This document shows positions 16,379 through 26,649 of a stretch of 64,000 nt of DNA, piece by piece. The notes below the pieces were generated by a model that did not search any database, was not told the DNA's origin, and saw only the letters and a list, made by a program, of their open reading frames with translations. Origin of the DNA: a virus (taxonomy: Duplodnaviria > Caudoviricetes). A program made the position numbers and the translations under genes. Where the stretch lies: positions 64,001 to 128,000 of IMG/VR virus record IMGVR_UViG_3300037851_000284. The stretch is one strand, 5' to 3'. Numbering within the stretch: the stretch's first letter is position 1; each line of letters begins with the position of its first letter.

Positions 16379-18805
16379 ATGGAAGACCTAAGCAAAGTAT
16401 TTGCAGAATTGGACAAGCATTTTCTAGAATATATAGCAGAACATGGTAAAATTCCTAATGATGCTGGCTTTATAAATTGTATAAATCCAAAGCATCCTGA
16501 TAGGCATCCAAGTATGCATATAATATCTGGTGGGGCCCATCATAATACAGCAGGATATTGTTTCTCGTGCTGTTCACATGTTGATATACTCCACGCAGCA
16601 CATTTTCTAGAAGGAAAGCCTCTTACAGGCATAGGCTTCTACGAAGATACTTTAAAATATCTGTGTGATAAATACAAAGTTCCATATGAACCAATACAAA
16701 TAGATAACAAGACTAGGGATATATATCAGAAACGTAATGGTGTAAAAGACGCCCTTAATATAGTACACGGAATGGTATTTAAGGGAACGAGTCTTAACAA
16801 AGATCACATTGGTATTAAACATCTTTTAGAGCGCGGTATAACCGAAGAAAGCATTAAAAAACATAAGATTGGAGTAGTTACTAGTTATAAAGATTATATG
16901 GATGCAATGACTAACCTTGGATATAATGATCCTGAATGGTTAGCAAGCGCTGACTTAGCAAGAAAAGATTTGTTTAATCCTAATGGTATTCTATTACCCA
17001 TATACGACGAAAAGAAAAGACCAGTTGGATTTGTTACTAGAAACACAGAACTTAAACCTAATGATAAAGGCGATCGTAAATATGTAAATTCAATAAATTC
17101 AGATATATATACTAAGAGTGAGATATTATATAATTTTAATAATTACGAACCAGATGAAGGACCACTTTGGATAGTAGAAGGATATCTAGATGCTGTATAC
17201 TTAGACCAAGCTGGAGTTAAAAATGTGGCTGCCCTTGGTAGTACTTCATTCACAGAACAACACGTAGATTTATTAAGTAGATGTAATGTTAAGAATATAA
17301 TATTAATGTTAGACGGAGACGAAGGAGGAAAACAAGGAACAAAACTAGCGTTAGAAAGAATAACTCCGTATCAGATATTTAAATCTATAAGAGTGGTAGA
17401 ACTACCAGATGGACATGATCCAGATAGCTTTGTAAGAGAAAAGGGTGTATCAGAATTAGAAAAGTTATCTCATCCTGACACAGCATTATCTCCTTTTGCT
17501 TGGACTATCAAATATACAACCTTCCAAGACGACCCAATAGCAATAGTAGAATCAGCAATTCCCTCAATAGCGGCAGAAGAAAGCACTATTAAGAGAATGA
17601 AGATGATTAAAGAGTTATCTAAGATTACTGGTATATCTAAAGATGATATCAAGAAAGACGTAGATTTAAAAGTTAATGCTGAGTCAGATAAGTTCTTGGA
17701 AGAACTAACGGAAGTAAATAAGTATGTACAGACAGCTTTAAATAAAAGGAAGATTAAAGATACTAAAGGTATTCTAGAAGAAGCAATAATAAAGGTTAAG
17801 AATATAGAATTAAAGTATAATGATATTCTAGATAACCATTCCAGTTATGAAAATAAGCGGGGTTCTCTGTGGACAAAAATAACCAACGGAGAATATAAGT
17901 ATGGATTAATGACTCCTAAATTTAAAAAGCTTGAAGAAATGTATGATGGGTTACCATATACTACGAATCTAACTTTGGTTGGAGGGAAGCCCTCGTGTGG
18001 CAAAACCACTTGGCTAAACGCATTAGCAGTAGATGTAGTTGAAGCTAACGACGATGCAGCAGTATTCTTTATGACTATAGATGATACTACAGAACTAATG
18101 ACCTTTAAGATGTTAGCTCAGAAAACAGGGTTTGCTACGTCTAAGATAAAACAATACGCAACCCTATTAGAAGAAGAACAAAAGATGATAGTAAATGGTT
18201 GGAGATGGTTAGAAAAACTATCTAGTAGATTCGTAATGGCTGATGCTAGCGAGGGAACAGCACCAGAAGCACTCGAAGCACACATAGAGTGGTTTATTAA
18301 AGAGTTCCCAACCAAGAAGAAGATATTCTTCTTAGATAACTTTCATAAACTAACGATGCCTAACCACAAGGAAAAGAAGGACTCCGTATCTTATCTATCA
18401 GACAGAGTGAAGAACGTGACGAGACTAAACGACTTACATCTTATAATGACAACAGAGTTAAGAAAGATGGATAATGATAGTAGGCCTACTCCGTCTGATT
18501 TAAAAGACACCGTACAACTAGAATATGATGCTGATAGTATATTAATGTTACATAATGATTTATTAGTTAAAGAGAACACTAATATATGTTGGGAAGGCCA
18601 ATATGGTACAGAAGGAACAAGAGCCATGCCTTATATAGAAGTATATTTATATAAGAATAAACACACAGGTAAAACTGGAGGACTAGCATATAGGTTAAAC
18701 ACTTATAACCTACAGGTTACGGAAGATAGCTATGCAACAATAAGAGCACTAAAAGCACAAAATGCCGGTCATCAAAAGATAACCGCAGGATATGAAAGAA
18801 GATAG
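16379..18805 (+). CDS. DnaG-type primase fused to DnaB-like helicase
   Basis: Zn-binding CINPKH.D.HPS...CFSC; KYVNS...KSEILY; TOPRIM IVEGYLD and LDGDEGG; Walker A GGKPSCGKT; FLDNFH; LKDTVQLEYDADSI. Confidence 0.93.
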   Translation: MEDLSKVFAELDKHFLEYIAEHGKIPNDAGFINCINPKHPDRHPSMHIISGGAHHNTAGYCFSCCSHVDILHAAHFLEGKPLTGIGFYEDTLKYLCDKYKVPYEPIQIDNKTRDIYQKRNGVKDALNIVHGMVFKGTSLNKDHIGIKHLLERGITEESIKKHKIGVVTSYKDYMDAMTNLGYNDPEWLASADLARKDLFNPNGILLPIYDEKKRPVGFVTRNTELKPNDKGDRKYVNSINSDIYTKSEILYNFNNYEPDEGPLWIVEGYLDAVYLDQAGVKNVAALGSTSFTEQHVDLLSRCNVKNIILMLDGDEGGKQGTKLALERITPYQIFKSIRVVELPDGHDPDSFVREKGVSELEKLSHPDTALSPFAWTIKYTTFQDDPIAIVESAIPSIAAEESTIKRMKMIKELSKITGISKDDIKKDVDLKVNAESDKFLEELTEVNKYVQTALNKRKIKDTKGILEEAIIKVKNIELKYNDILDNHSSYENKRGSLWTKITNGEYKYGLMTPKFKKLEEMYDGLPYTTNLTLVGGKPSCGKTTWLNALAVDVVEANDDAAVFFMTIDDTTELMTFKMLAQKTGFATSKIKQYATLLEEEQKMIVNGWRWLEKLSSRFVMADASEGTAPEALEAHIEWFIKEFPTKKKIFFLDNFHKLTMPNHKEKKDSVSYLSDRVKNVTRLNDLHLIMTTELRKMDNDSRPTPSDLKDTVQLEYDADSILMLHNDLLVKENTNICWEGQYGTEGTRAMPYIEVYLYKNKHTGKTGGLAYRLNTYNLQVTEDSYATIRALKAQNAGHQKITAGYERR

Positions 18806-19106
18806 CATGAACAAAGTCAATAAGAGAAAAGTAAGACCAGAGATATTATCAAAAACTAAGTTTGTATTAAGTACAAAGAGATATCTAAAATATATAAAAA
18901 GAATAAGAGATCCAAGATACTGGTCATTTATAAGAGATATTGATGAAAGATTAGAAACTGAAAAACACGATTTAGAAATGTTGAAAAAACAATTAACGTG
19001 TAAACATCCAAATACTGAAACTACTGTAACTATGAATTATCATAAAGGAAACGAAGAAACAGAAATAAAATGCAAAGATTGTGAGTTCGTACTACAATGG
19101 GAATAA
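18792..19106 (+). CDS. hypothetical protein (104 aa, C-terminal C.H...CxxC)
   Basis: Operon position; TCKH and CKDC Zn-finger-like motifs. Confidence 0.65.
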   Translation: MKEDSMNKVNKRKVRPEILSKTKFVLSTKRYLKYIKRIRDPRYWSFIRDIDERLETEKHDLEMLKKQLTCKHPNTETTVTMNYHKGNEETEIKCKDCEFVLQWE

Positions 19107-19276
19107 TATTAAGAGACCCTCCAGACCCAATAGAACCCGAAGAAGCATATAAAGAAGTAGAAAAGCAAATCGAATATGATAGAATAACTATATCTGGGGT
19201 ATTTAATCCCGAAGGAAACCTATTATCATGGCCAAAGGTCTACTATGTAAGGAAGGAAAGTCCAAGCCGTGTCTAG
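19097..19276 (+). CDS. hypothetical protein (59 aa), not in ORF track
   Basis: MGIILRDPPDPIEPEEAYKEVEKQIEYDRITISGVFNPEGNLLSWPKVYYVRKESPSRV* fills the gap and overlaps both neighbours. Confidence 0.55.
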   Translation: MGIILRDPPDPIEPEEAYKEVEKQIEYDRITISGVFNPEGNLLSWPKVYYVRKESPSRV

Positions 19277-19943
19277 TGTAATACTATCTAGAACCTTCTA
19301 TAATAGGATGCATAAGTGTTATTACTATGCTGAAAATAATACTTATATTAAATATATAGATATATTATTTAATAAAGTTTTATCTATCTATTCTAAAGAT
19401 GCTACAAAGTCCTTCTTTTCTATATTCTCGGATAGATTTTCCTCGTATTCATATACTGGAATAAAATTCGTCTATAAAAAAGATAAAGAAGAGTTTAAGA
19501 ATCTATGTACATCTTATGCTAATAAGATAAACTCTTTTATAGAAACATATAAACTCATAAATATAAACGATTCAGTTACTTATAAAGGAAAGATAAAATG
19601 TTCTATAGGAGGAACCATACAAGAAAAGAACAAGAATGTATTCTTTTCATTTAAAAATTATCAAGACACACAAAAAGAACTTGACTTTTATTTGCTAAAC
19701 AATTATATTTATAATAAGATTAAGAATTTAACAAACGATTGTTTAGTATACTGTGTCTCAATAGACGCTTATTTCCTTGTAAAATATGAAGATAACGACT
19801 ATACTAATATTACCAAGAGAGGATTAATAAAATCCATTAAAAACTGTAAGATAAAAAGTCAGGGAGAACACTGTGTATCATGTAGAAACAAGTGTAAACC
19901 TATGATCATTAATGGATTAAATAGATTAAATTCTATATTATAA
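19269..19943 (+). CDS. hypothetical protein; possible degenerate Cas4-like fold
   Basis: N-terminal HKCYYY, Q.ELDFY, C-terminal HCVSCRNKC; acidic catalytic residues not evident. Confidence 0.5.
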   Translation: MSSVILSRTFYNRMHKCYYYAENNTYIKYIDILFNKVLSIYSKDATKSFFSIFSDRFSSYSYTGIKFVYKKDKEEFKNLCTSYANKINSFIETYKLININDSVTYKGKIKCSIGGTIQEKNKNVFFSFKNYQDTQKELDFYLLNNYIYNKIKNLTNDCLVYCVSIDAYFLVKYEDNDYTNITKRGLIKSIKNCKIKSQGEHCVSCRNKCKPMIINGLNRLNSIL

Positions 19944-19952
19944 GGAGACAAA

Positions 19953-20147
19953 ATGTTAAATCTAATAACAAAATCAGGAAAAATCATTGGAAGAATATCA
20001 GATAGTCTAGATGAATCAGACATACTAGTAGTGGATGGAAAAGAAGTAAAGCTAGATGATGTTTATTCTGATGACGCCACCAAGAAAAGCTTTAATAATA
20101 ATGTTAAAGAATTCAAAGATGTCGTAAAAGAAGATGAGAAAAAATAA
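19953..20147 (+). CDS. hypothetical protein (64 aa)
   Basis: AAGGAG SD; operon position. Confidence 0.65.
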   Translation: MLNLITKSGKIIGRISDSLDESDILVVDGKEVKLDDVYSDDATKKSFNNNVKEFKDVVKEDEKK

Positions 20148-20370
20148 GCTACCAGAAGATATACAAGAATTAGTTTACAGTAAGTTTATAACATCACCGT
20201 TAAAACAAAAGATTGTTATATATGCAAAGCTATTACACGGTAACGCATTTAAACCTATTAATAATGATTTTCTAGGTTTAAACCGAAGACTTGTCAGTAA
20301 AATATTTAAAAATTTCACAGATAGCGTAAAGGAAGAGGTTAATGAGAGGTCTAAGAAAAGTAAAAAGTAG
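20134..20370 (+). CDS. hypothetical protein (78 aa)
   Basis: Overlapping operon ORF. Confidence 0.55.
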   Translation: MRKNKLPEDIQELVYSKFITSPLKQKIVIYAKLLHGNAFKPINNDFLGLNRRLVSKIFKNFTDSVKEEVNERSKKSKK

Positions 20371-20557
20371 AGCAGTTAATCCTAATCCAAGGACATGTGC
20401 TGTTCCTCCTGTAACAGAAGCTCCAGTAAAAGTTGAAGTAATAGTTCCCTATGAATTAGGAACATCAACTATTACAGTAAAACAAGATACAGCAATTCCA
20501 ATAAAAAAGAAAAATGAAGAGAAAAAGAACAAACCTCAAACCAAATATAACAATTAA
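20342..20557 (+). CDS. hypothetical protein (71 aa)
   Basis: GAGG SD; operon position. Confidence 0.5.
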   Translation: MRGLRKVKSRAVNPNPRTCAVPPVTEAPVKVEVIVPYELGTSTITVKQDTAIPIKKKNEEKKNKPQTKYNN

Positions 20558-20571
20558 TCTTAGGATTCTAA

Positions 20572-22056
20572 ATGTCAAAGAAAAGAGTTCTCTTTGTAAG
20601 CGATAGCATAAAGAGAAAGACCGGATATGCTATTGTTGCGAGAAATATAATAAAAAATTTAGTACTAACCAACAAATATGAAATAGGACACCTTGGTTTA
20701 GCAGATATACCCACCCCTGTAGAATTACCTATTCATTACTACACTCAGTTAAAGGACCACAACGGATGTTGTAAGCGTGGGGTATTAATTGAACATGTAA
20801 ATAATACCATATCCCCCGAGATTAAATTCTTAGTACCACAACAGAACACAGGTATAGTAAATGAGCACCCAACTAAGGGGATGTGTATCAGGGGACCAAA
20901 TATTAATCAAGATCACTATGGATATGATTCGGTATACTACGTGATACAACATTTTAAACCAGATATAGTTATACCAATCAATGACCTATGGGGATTGTAT
21001 AATATTAATCATTTAAAAAACAGAAAGTGTTACAAGTTTATACCATATCTAGCTATAGATAGTGATTGTTTATTCCCAATATTACAACCACCAGAAGGAA
21101 GACAGGGACTTCCTCCGATTGATACTATTAGAACTATAGGAACCACAAATAAGACAATAGTATTTACTCAATGGGCTAAAGATGTAATAAACAAAACATG
21201 TAGAGTAGTAACTAATGGTAGAGAATTAAATAACATAGAGATAATATCTCATGGAGTAGATACTCAAATTTGGAAACCACTTCCAGAAGAAGAGAAGAAA
21301 GCAAACAGAGAGAAATACTTTGGTATAAAAGACAATACTTTCTTAATTGGGGCCGTTGCTAGAAACCAACCAAGAAAGAGACTAGACGCTATATTCATGA
21401 CTATGCGTAGATTCATAGATAAAAACTATGAAAAATACGGTAGAAAGATAATGTGTTATTTTCATTGCTCTTTAGAGGATGCTATAGGATGGGATTTACA
21501 GTGGATGTCTTCTTATTATAACCTAGTTGATAGGGTGATATTTGATAAGAATCTTAAACCAGGACTTGGCCCATCGGATGAGCAACTAAATCAAATAATA
21601 AATTGTTTTGATGCTCACGTATTATTTTCTAACTCTGGAGGATTCGAGCTCCCAATGCTAGAAACCGCCGCCGCTGGGATACCCAACCTTGTATCAGACT
21701 ATTCTGCTCACGCAGACTGGGGACGAGGAACCTTAATGTATGCAAGAATTGGGGCATTTGAACACGAACCAAGAACGGGATTCGTAAAAGGAATAGTAGA
21801 TATAGATAGTGCCGCCCACCAATTAAAGCTATTATATGACAGTAAAAAACTATGTGAAGACTATAGTAAAAGAGGAATAGCTTTAGCAAAGAAACTAGAA
21901 TGGTCTAATCTGTGTAAACAATGGGAAGATAGTCTAGATAAAGTGGACATATCTGATTTAGAAGAAGGAAGATATGAAAAGTCGGACGTATTCCCTAATG
22001 GCGAACCACCAAAACAAGATTTCTCACAATTTAACCTTCAACACTTTCCAGAATAA
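20572..22056 (+). CDS. GT-B (GT4-like) glycosyltransferase
   Basis: RVLFVSDS....TGYAIVAR; ISHGVD; GAVARNQPRKRLD; SNSGGFELPMLETAAAGIPNLVSDYSAH. Confidence 0.9.
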   Translation: MSKKRVLFVSDSIKRKTGYAIVARNIIKNLVLTNKYEIGHLGLADIPTPVELPIHYYTQLKDHNGCCKRGVLIEHVNNTISPEIKFLVPQQNTGIVNEHPTKGMCIRGPNINQDHYGYDSVYYVIQHFKPDIVIPINDLWGLYNINHLKNRKCYKFIPYLAIDSDCLFPILQPPEGRQGLPPIDTIRTIGTTNKTIVFTQWAKDVINKTCRVVTNGRELNNIEIISHGVDTQIWKPLPEEEKKANREKYFGIKDNTFLIGAVARNQPRKRLDAIFMTMRRFIDKNYEKYGRKIMCYFHCSLEDAIGWDLQWMSSYYNLVDRVIFDKNLKPGLGPSDEQLNQIINCFDAHVLFSNSGGFELPMLETAAAGIPNLVSDYSAHADWGRGTLMYARIGAFEHEPRTGFVKGIVDIDSAAHQLKLLYDSKKLCEDYSKRGIALAKKLEWSNLCKQWEDSLDKVDISDLEEGRYEKSDVFPNGEPPKQDFSQFNLQHFPE

Positions 22057-22943
22057 TGTCTAGAATAATATTCGTATCTGATTTCTTTCTAAGTGAAATT
22101 AGACGCGGTGCTGAAACATGTAACGACGCGTTACTTTATCATCTAAAAGATTATGATATAACTACAGTAGAATCAAGTAGTTTAAACTATATAGACTCTA
22201 CGAAATTTTATATCGTAACAAACTTCTGGAACTTACCAGACCAAGCAAAGAGCTCGTTGATTAAGTACAAAAACTATTTAATATACGAACACGACCATAA
22301 ATATATCAGAACTAGAAACCCGTATAGATTACCTAATGGACAAGAAAACCCAACAGGTATAGTACCGAAACACGAACTTATTAACGTAGATTTCTATAAG
22401 AATGCTAAGGTAGTAATATGTCAAACTAGGTGGCATGAGGAACAGATATTGTCCAATATAGAATGTATAACTACTAATATTCATGGGTCCTTTTATACAG
22501 AAGAAGATCTAGATTTATTAGAAAAGTACTGCGCCTATCCAAAAACTATAGATAAATATGCGTTTTTTAATGACGCAGAATTTATATATACTTCTAATGG
22601 AAGAATAATGCAACAAGGGGATAATATCAAGAATAAAAAGGGAGCACTAAGATACTGCATAGACAATAAGTTATCCTATATGCCCATTCCAAGAATAAAC
22701 AATAAAGAAAAATTCTGGGAGACAATTACTAAGTTTAAAAACTTTATATTCTTACCAGACATACCAGAGACTTGTTCTAGATTATTAATAGAAACCAAGA
22801 TGCTTGGATTAAACGTAATTACTAACAGAAACAGTGGAGCCTATTGGGAACCTTGGTTTAAACTAAATGGTAAAGAATTAACAAATGAATTTAGAAATAA
22901 TATAATACCTAATGCTATAAACAAATTCAAGGGATACTTATAG
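22056..22943 (+). CDS. GT-B-like glycosyltransferase
   Basis: IIFVSDFF...GAE; C-terminal FIFLPDIPETCSRLLIETKMLGLNVITN (E-x7-E motif). Confidence 0.7.
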   Translation: MSRIIFVSDFFLSEIRRGAETCNDALLYHLKDYDITTVESSSLNYIDSTKFYIVTNFWNLPDQAKSSLIKYKNYLIYEHDHKYIRTRNPYRLPNGQENPTGIVPKHELINVDFYKNAKVVICQTRWHEEQILSNIECITTNIHGSFYTEEDLDLLEKYCAYPKTIDKYAFFNDAEFIYTSNGRIMQQGDNIKNKKGALRYCIDNKLSYMPIPRINNKEKFWETITKFKNFIFLPDIPETCSRLLIETKMLGLNVITNRNSGAYWEPWFKLNGKELTNEFRNNIIPNAINKFKGYL

Positions 22944-23167
22944 TGAAACCAATACTATTTGCCACTACCTATAAAGGAAATAAGATTTATATAAATGCTA
23001 ACTATGTGATAGGATTTCAAGATTGCGATACAAACACCGTAAATTTACACACAATCATAAAAACAGTTGAAGGAACTACCGACTATGCTACAGAAACACC
23101 AGAAGAAATATATAAAATTATAAACGATTGTCTACATCGGAGCGAAAATGATATACATATTAGTTGA
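22943..23167 (+). CDS. hypothetical protein (74 aa; FlbD-like pattern)
   Basis: GTG start overlapping previous stop; IYINANYV.....T......TETPEEI pattern. Confidence 0.55.
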   Translation: MKPILFATTYKGNKIYINANYVIGFQDCDTNTVNLHTIIKTVEGTTDYATETPEEIYKIINDCLHRSENDIHIS

Positions 23168-23384
23168 ACAAACATTAAATGGTACAGTAACAATGAATTC
23201 TCAAATTTCTGGAATAAAAGCTAAATCATTCAATGACGCAGTAAGAAAGCTACTATCCTTACAAACTATGAGCAAAGCTAAAGATATTAAAAAGAGTAGC
23301 AAAGAATTAACATTTGTTATTGAAGGAGAACTATTTAACACAGCGGGAACGATGAGTAACCAACCGTTAAATATTATAATATGA
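23148..23384 (+). CDS. hypothetical protein (78 aa)
   Basis: GGAG SD; ATGA coupling. Confidence 0.55.
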   Translation: MIYILVEQTLNGTVTMNSQISGIKAKSFNDAVRKLLSLQTMSKAKDIKKSSKELTFVIEGELFNTAGTMSNQPLNIII

Positions 23385-24154
23385 TAAAACTACCAAATCT
23401 GTCAGTGGAACAAACATTAGAAATAATTCCTAATAAAGTCATATTATTAGGTTTTGTTGGAAGCATCGCACACGGCACATATGTACCAAAGAACGACCCT
23501 AATTCTATAGACGATAAAGACATACTAGGTATTTGTGTAGCGGATAAGTCTGTATATCTAGGATTAAAAACCTTCGAACAAAAGGAATGTAAAAAAGGAG
23601 AATGGGATTCAGTAGTATATGAAATTAAAAAATTCTTTAGCCTATTATTAAAACAGAATCCTAATGTAATAGGACTGCTATGGCTGCAGGACAAAGATTA
23701 CATTCACATATCAAATAATGGAAGATTAATACTAGATAATAGGGACCTATTCGTATCGAAACTAGCATACCATTCATTTATTGGGTATGCTCATGGGCAA
23801 TTACATAGAATGACCAATGGAGCTTTTGAAGGGTACATGGGCGAAAAACGTAAAAAATTGGTAAAACAGTTTGGTTTTGACACGAAAAACGCCAGCCATC
23901 TAATTAGGTTACTACGAATGGGAATAGAGTTCCTAACAGATGGGAGACTGAATGTATTTAGGGAAGATGCTTCAGAACTAAAAGACATTAAACAAGGAAA
24001 ATGGTCTTTGGAAAAAGTAAAAAAAGAAGCAGAATCACTGTTTACACTAGCCAGAGAAGCATATGTAAGGTCTAATTTACCCGAAAGACCAAATTATAAA
24101 AAGGCCGAGGAGATATTAATTCATATATTAGAAAAAGAGATTGTTAATGCCTAA
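23381..24154 (+). CDS. Pol-beta-superfamily nucleotidyltransferase (RlaP/YcgL-like)
   Basis: VGSIAHGT...DDKDILG; YEIKKFFSLLLKQNPN; KNASHLIRLLRMGIEFL. Confidence 0.8.
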   Translation: MIKLPNLSVEQTLEIIPNKVILLGFVGSIAHGTYVPKNDPNSIDDKDILGICVADKSVYLGLKTFEQKECKKGEWDSVVYEIKKFFSLLLKQNPNVIGLLWLQDKDYIHISNNGRLILDNRDLFVSKLAYHSFIGYAHGQLHRMTNGAFEGYMGEKRKKLVKQFGFDTKNASHLIRLLRMGIEFLTDGRLNVFREDASELKDIKQGKWSLEKVKKEAESLFTLAREAYVRSNLPERPNYKKAEEILIHILEKEIVNA

Positions 24155-24887
24155 AGATTATAGTATTATAATAGGAGTATATGCCGGTATAAATTGGTTA
24201 TCTCAGATTATTGACTCTTGTTACCGTCAGTGTATATCTCCTAACAACATATACTTATGGATTAATAAAAATCCAGATCAACCTATTAGTATAGATACCT
24301 TGCAACAAAAATATTCTGATATAAGAATTATATTGAATAATAGGAATCTTGGAGTATATAGCCGTTTTAGCGCAGCTATGTTAGATAACTCAAGTAGATA
24401 TCTAATCTTAGACGATGATACAATTCCTGCATCTAATTGGATAGGTAATTGTTATGATACACTAGAAGTAGTAGGAGAGGATGCCATTCTAGGATATAGA
24501 GGCATCAGATTAAAACCTGACGCATTATATGATGTGGAAGCTTATGAAAAAGGAACTCCAGAAATAACAGAAGTAGACCTAGTTGGTCACGCGTGGTTTG
24601 TAAAAAAGAAACATATTCTAGCAATGTTTGAAGACCAGCCAGTTAATTATTTTAATGGAGAAGACACGCACTTAAGCGCAATTAACCAAATAAAATACGG
24701 AACAAAGACTTATGTTCCAGCACAACCATTATCAAAACCTAACTCGTGGGGATCAATTAAGCAGCATCTAGGAGCACAAGCTGGAAGATTATCAACAAGC
24801 TTGGGACCTTCTGAGCATTTTAAACAGAGACAAGAAGTTAATAGTTATTGGATAAGTAAAGGCTGGAGACCATTATATGTCAGATAG
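24141..24887 (+). CDS. GT-A (GT2-like) glycosyltransferase
   Basis: NLGVYSRF; LILDDDTIP (DxD); VDLVGHAWF; GEDTHLS. Confidence 0.8.
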   Translation: MLMPKDYSIIIGVYAGINWLSQIIDSCYRQCISPNNIYLWINKNPDQPISIDTLQQKYSDIRIILNNRNLGVYSRFSAAMLDNSSRYLILDDDTIPASNWIGNCYDTLEVVGEDAILGYRGIRLKPDALYDVEAYEKGTPEITEVDLVGHAWFVKKKHILAMFEDQPVNYFNGEDTHLSAINQIKYGTKTYVPAQPLSKPNSWGSIKQHLGAQAGRLSTSLGPSEHFKQRQEVNSYWISKGWRPLYVR

Positions 24888-26649
24888 TTTAAGAGTAGCA
24901 GATTATATAGTGCAACGATTAGTAGAACATGGTATAACACATGTTTTTACTATAACTGGTGGCGGAGCTATGTATTTAAACGACGCCTTTGGTAAGAATA
25001 AAAACATTATGTGTATATATAATCATCATGAACAAGCTTGTGCTATAGCAGCCGAAGGATATTTTAGATCTACAGGGAAGATTTGTGCTGTATGTATTAC
25101 TACCGGTCCAGCTGGATTAAATACTCTTACTGGAATAATGGGACAATGGACTGATTCCATTCCGGTAATATATATATCAGGACAGGTTAACACTAATTTA
25201 ATGATTTCTTCGTATAATAATAAACTGAGGCAATTAGGTGATCAAGAATGTAATATCACAGAAATAGTTAGGTCACTAACTAAGAGCGCAGTAATATTAA
25301 AGAATCCTACTTATTGTAAGTCGGTAATAGATAATGCTATAGCAACTGCTACGAGTCCGAGGATGGGTCCAGTTTGGATAGACATTCCTTTAGATATACA
25401 AAAACAAGTAATAGACTCTTCCGAGTTAACAGAGATAAAAGAAGTAGTAACTCCAGTGAATGTTGATTCTAAATCAATAAAATATGTGACATCAGCGATA
25501 TTAAAATCCAAGAAACCACTAATAATAGCTGGTCACGGAATTAGGTTATCAAACAGTCTAGAGTTATTCAATTCCTTTATATCAAATGCCAAGATACCAA
25601 TAGCTACAACCTTTAATGGGTTTGACCTAGTTCAAGAAGATAACCCATTATATATAGGGAGAATAGGAACTATAGGACAACGCGGAGCTAACTTTTCGTT
25701 ACAGAACGCAGACTTAGTATTATTTCTGGGGACTAGAAATAATCTGAGACAAATAGGATATAACTGGAATACTTTCGCTAAGAAAGCCACAAAGATAGTA
25801 GCAGATGTGGATGAGTACGAATTAAATAAACCAACAGTTAAGCCAGATATTGGTATTAGAATGGATATAAATCTATTCTTAAAAGAATTACTAAAGGAAC
25901 ATATTAAATTTGAGTCTAATGATTGGTTAAATTGGTGTAAAAAATTATATAATAAATATCCTGTAATGTTACCTGAGTACGATAAATGTTTTCCTCTGAA
26001 CCCATATAAGTTTTCTAGAATTCTATCAGAAGAAGCAAAAGATTCCATAATAATATGTGGTAATGGTTCTGCTTGTGTCTGTATGTTTCAAGCAGGAGTA
26101 GTTAAAAATAATAATAGATTTTTCTGGAACGCTGGTTGTGCATCAATGGGTTATGATCTTCCAGCAGCCATAGGAGCAAGTATAGCTAATCCAGATAAGC
26201 ATGTGATATGTATAACTGGAGATGGTAGTATAATGATGAATTTACAAGAATTACAAACTATAAAAAATTATAAACTACCAATAAAGATATTTATATTAGA
26301 TAATTCAGGATATCATTCTATCAGACAGACTCAGAAAGCATATTTTGGAGAAGAGATATTTGGATGTGATAAGTATTCAGGAGTAGAACTTCCAAACTTT
26401 AGAGATATAGCTACTGCTTTTAAAATTGATTCGTGGATAATAAATAGTCCAGAAAGGTTGAATTCATCGATTAACGATGTGCTGTCGTGTTCTGGACCAA
26501 TTATATGCAAAGTCACAATACCAAATGACTATTCGTTCTCTCCAAAATTGGCACCTAGAATAAAAGACGGAATAATGGTGCCTTCTTCTATAGAAGATAT
26601 GTGTCCGTTTTTAAGTGAAAAAGAAATGAAAGAGAATATATATGAATAA
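24877..26649 (+). CDS. thiamine-diphosphate-dependent enzyme (acetolactate-synthase-like, YerE-like)
   Basis: VFTITGGGAMYL; HHEQACAIAAEGY; TTGPAGLN; PVWIDIPLDIQ; SMGYDLPAAIGA; ThDP motif GDGSIMMNLQE...N. Confidence 0.92.
   Translation: MSDSLRVADYIVQRLVEHGITHVFTITGGGAMYLNDAFGKNKNIMCIYNHHEQACAIAAEGYFRSTGKICAVCITTGPAGLNTLTGIMGQWTDSIPVIYISGQVNTNLMISSYNNKLRQLGDQECNITEIVRSLTKSAVILKNPTYCKSVIDNAIATATSPRMGPVWIDIPLDIQKQVIDSSELTEIKEVVTPVNVDSKSIKYVTSAILKSKKPLIIAGHGIRLSNSLELFNSFISNAKIPIATTFNGFDLVQEDNPLYIGRIGTIGQRGANFSLQNADLVLFLGTRNNLRQIGYNWNTFAKKATKIVADVDEYELNKPTVKPDIGIRMDINLFLKELLKEHIKFESNDWLNWCKKLYNKYPVMLPEYDKCFPLNPYKFSRILSEEAKDSIIICGNGSACVCMFQAGVVKNNNRFFWNAGCASMGYDLPAAIGASIANPDKHVICITGDGSIMMNLQELQTIKNYKLPIKIFILDNSGYHSIRQTQKAYFGEEIFGCDKYSGVELPNFRDIATAFKIDSWIINSPERLNSSINDVLSCSGPIICKVTIPNDYSFSPKLAPRIKDGIMVPSSIEDMCPFLSEKEMKENIYE

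Noticed and set aside
24877-26649. Branched-chain amino-acid auxiliary metabolic gene (ilvB)
   Set aside because: No ilvN/ilvC/ilvD nearby; the sugar-pathway context favours a YerE-like role, though this is not proven.
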